Positions 62,982 through 64,000 of a DNA stretch of 64,000 bases are shown piece after piece (the first letter of the stretch is position 1; every line of letters begins with the position of its first letter). This DNA comes from Utricularia gibba (lineage: Eukaryota > Plantae > Magnoliophyta). The stretch spans positions 1,488,001 to 1,552,000 of the forward strand of contig NEEC01000011.1 in assembly GCA_002189035.1 (NCBI GenBank), given 5' to 3'. A model generated the notes under the pieces. The model searched no databases. It had not been told where the DNA came from and worked only from the letters and a program-made list of their open reading frames with translations. The position numbers and the translations under genes were made by a program.

Positions 62982-64000
62982 GGCTGACACCAGTCCCAAA
63001 CACGAGGAGAAAGAAGGAAAATGGGAGATATGAGTCAAGCAGGAGAGACAAAGGAAAGGTAAGAAATCTTCCAAAAAGCGACAACTATCCATTTTCTTCA
63101 AGTTGCTTCATTTTACTGCCTGAACCTCTGCTCTCTCCACCATGTGGCCCTTGTTGATGCCTCTAAGCTACATTCTTTCAGCACCAATTATTTTCCCTGC
63201 ATAATTTGATTCTGTCTTCAATGCACCCGAGACCGGTGTTTCTGAAGCGGGTTCGGTTCCGGATCGGACATCTAACAAGAAATAAAATAAAACATGCGTA
63301 TGCTCACATTGGCATTTTGACAACCAAAAATGTTGAGGATATTTCATATGTAGGGCTTGATATATCACTAGAATTTGTTAAAATAATTTTATTTAAAATT
63401 AAAAATTTAACTTCATCATTAACCTCAAAAACTATCAAATTTATTTATTTTAATGATGAAATAAAAGTTATTTTAAAAAAAATTATATTATACATTTTAT
63501 ATGTTTATAAAACCATATTAAATTATTTCAATGCTATTCAATAATTTAATTTAACACTCTCATTCATCCATCATCAAATTAAGATCCTTTCTTATTTTTA
63601 ATTTACTATTCTAAAGAACTGTAGTTACCTTTTTTATTTATCGTTATTGGACTTCCCTCAATCCTATCATCGAGAACCTTAGGTATTTACAATTCCAACG
63701 ATCAGTGCTTCAGTTGTTCCGCTATGATATGCAAGTCAAACTGATTATGTGGTTGTGATTTATTAAAGTTTTTTATTTTTTAAATTAAAAAAAATCAGAT
63801 AAGCTGTTTGTTTTCATTAAGCACTGTCGAACATTTTTTATAAATTAAAAAAATGCAACGATCGCATACATTGCTTATTTTCACTGTACAATTTACTAAA
63901 ATGTACAACCCTGAATAAATATTATTCTGTTTATGATAAATATTTATATTGTTTAAGGATGGGCTATACATTTTAATAAACTGCACAGCGAAAATAAGTT

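Overview
Plant (angiosperm) nuclear genomic DNA with very AT-rich intergenic space; the species cannot be identified from sequence alone. I spliced nine protein-coding genes by hand: a CLE16/17-type peptide gene (-), a PIN3/4/7-type auxin efflux carrier (+), a short Cys/Pro-rich extensin-like protein (-), a HIPP metallochaperone (-), GINS subunit PSF3 (-), a Rad60/Esc2-type SUMO-like-domain protein (-), a BAT1/GABA-permease-type transporter (-), an alpha/beta hydrolase (+) and a RING-H2 E3 ligase (-). Transposons with definable ends: a solo LTR (5-bp TSD), a hAT-type MITE (8-bp TSD), a 3.9-kb Mutator element (long TIRs, 9-bp TSD, internal 115-bp array) and an old full-length Copia element (LTRs, PBS, PPT, TSD). 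Harbinger and further Copia relics are also present. Main observations: (1) a ~0.55-kb promoter/5'UTR block of the SUMO-like gene is duplicated directly upstream of the unrelated PSF3 gene; (2) the PIN gene has a duplicated GRLSNF phospho-motif and lacks one canonical intron; (3) four single-base deletions in short G/C runs break PIN, BAT1 and RING, most likely consensus errors rather than pseudogenes; (4) the gene order matches what I recall of the Arabidopsis PIN3/4/7 blocks. No rRNA, tRNA or CRISPR features were seen. All splice models, counts and homologies come from manual inspection and recall, not database searches.
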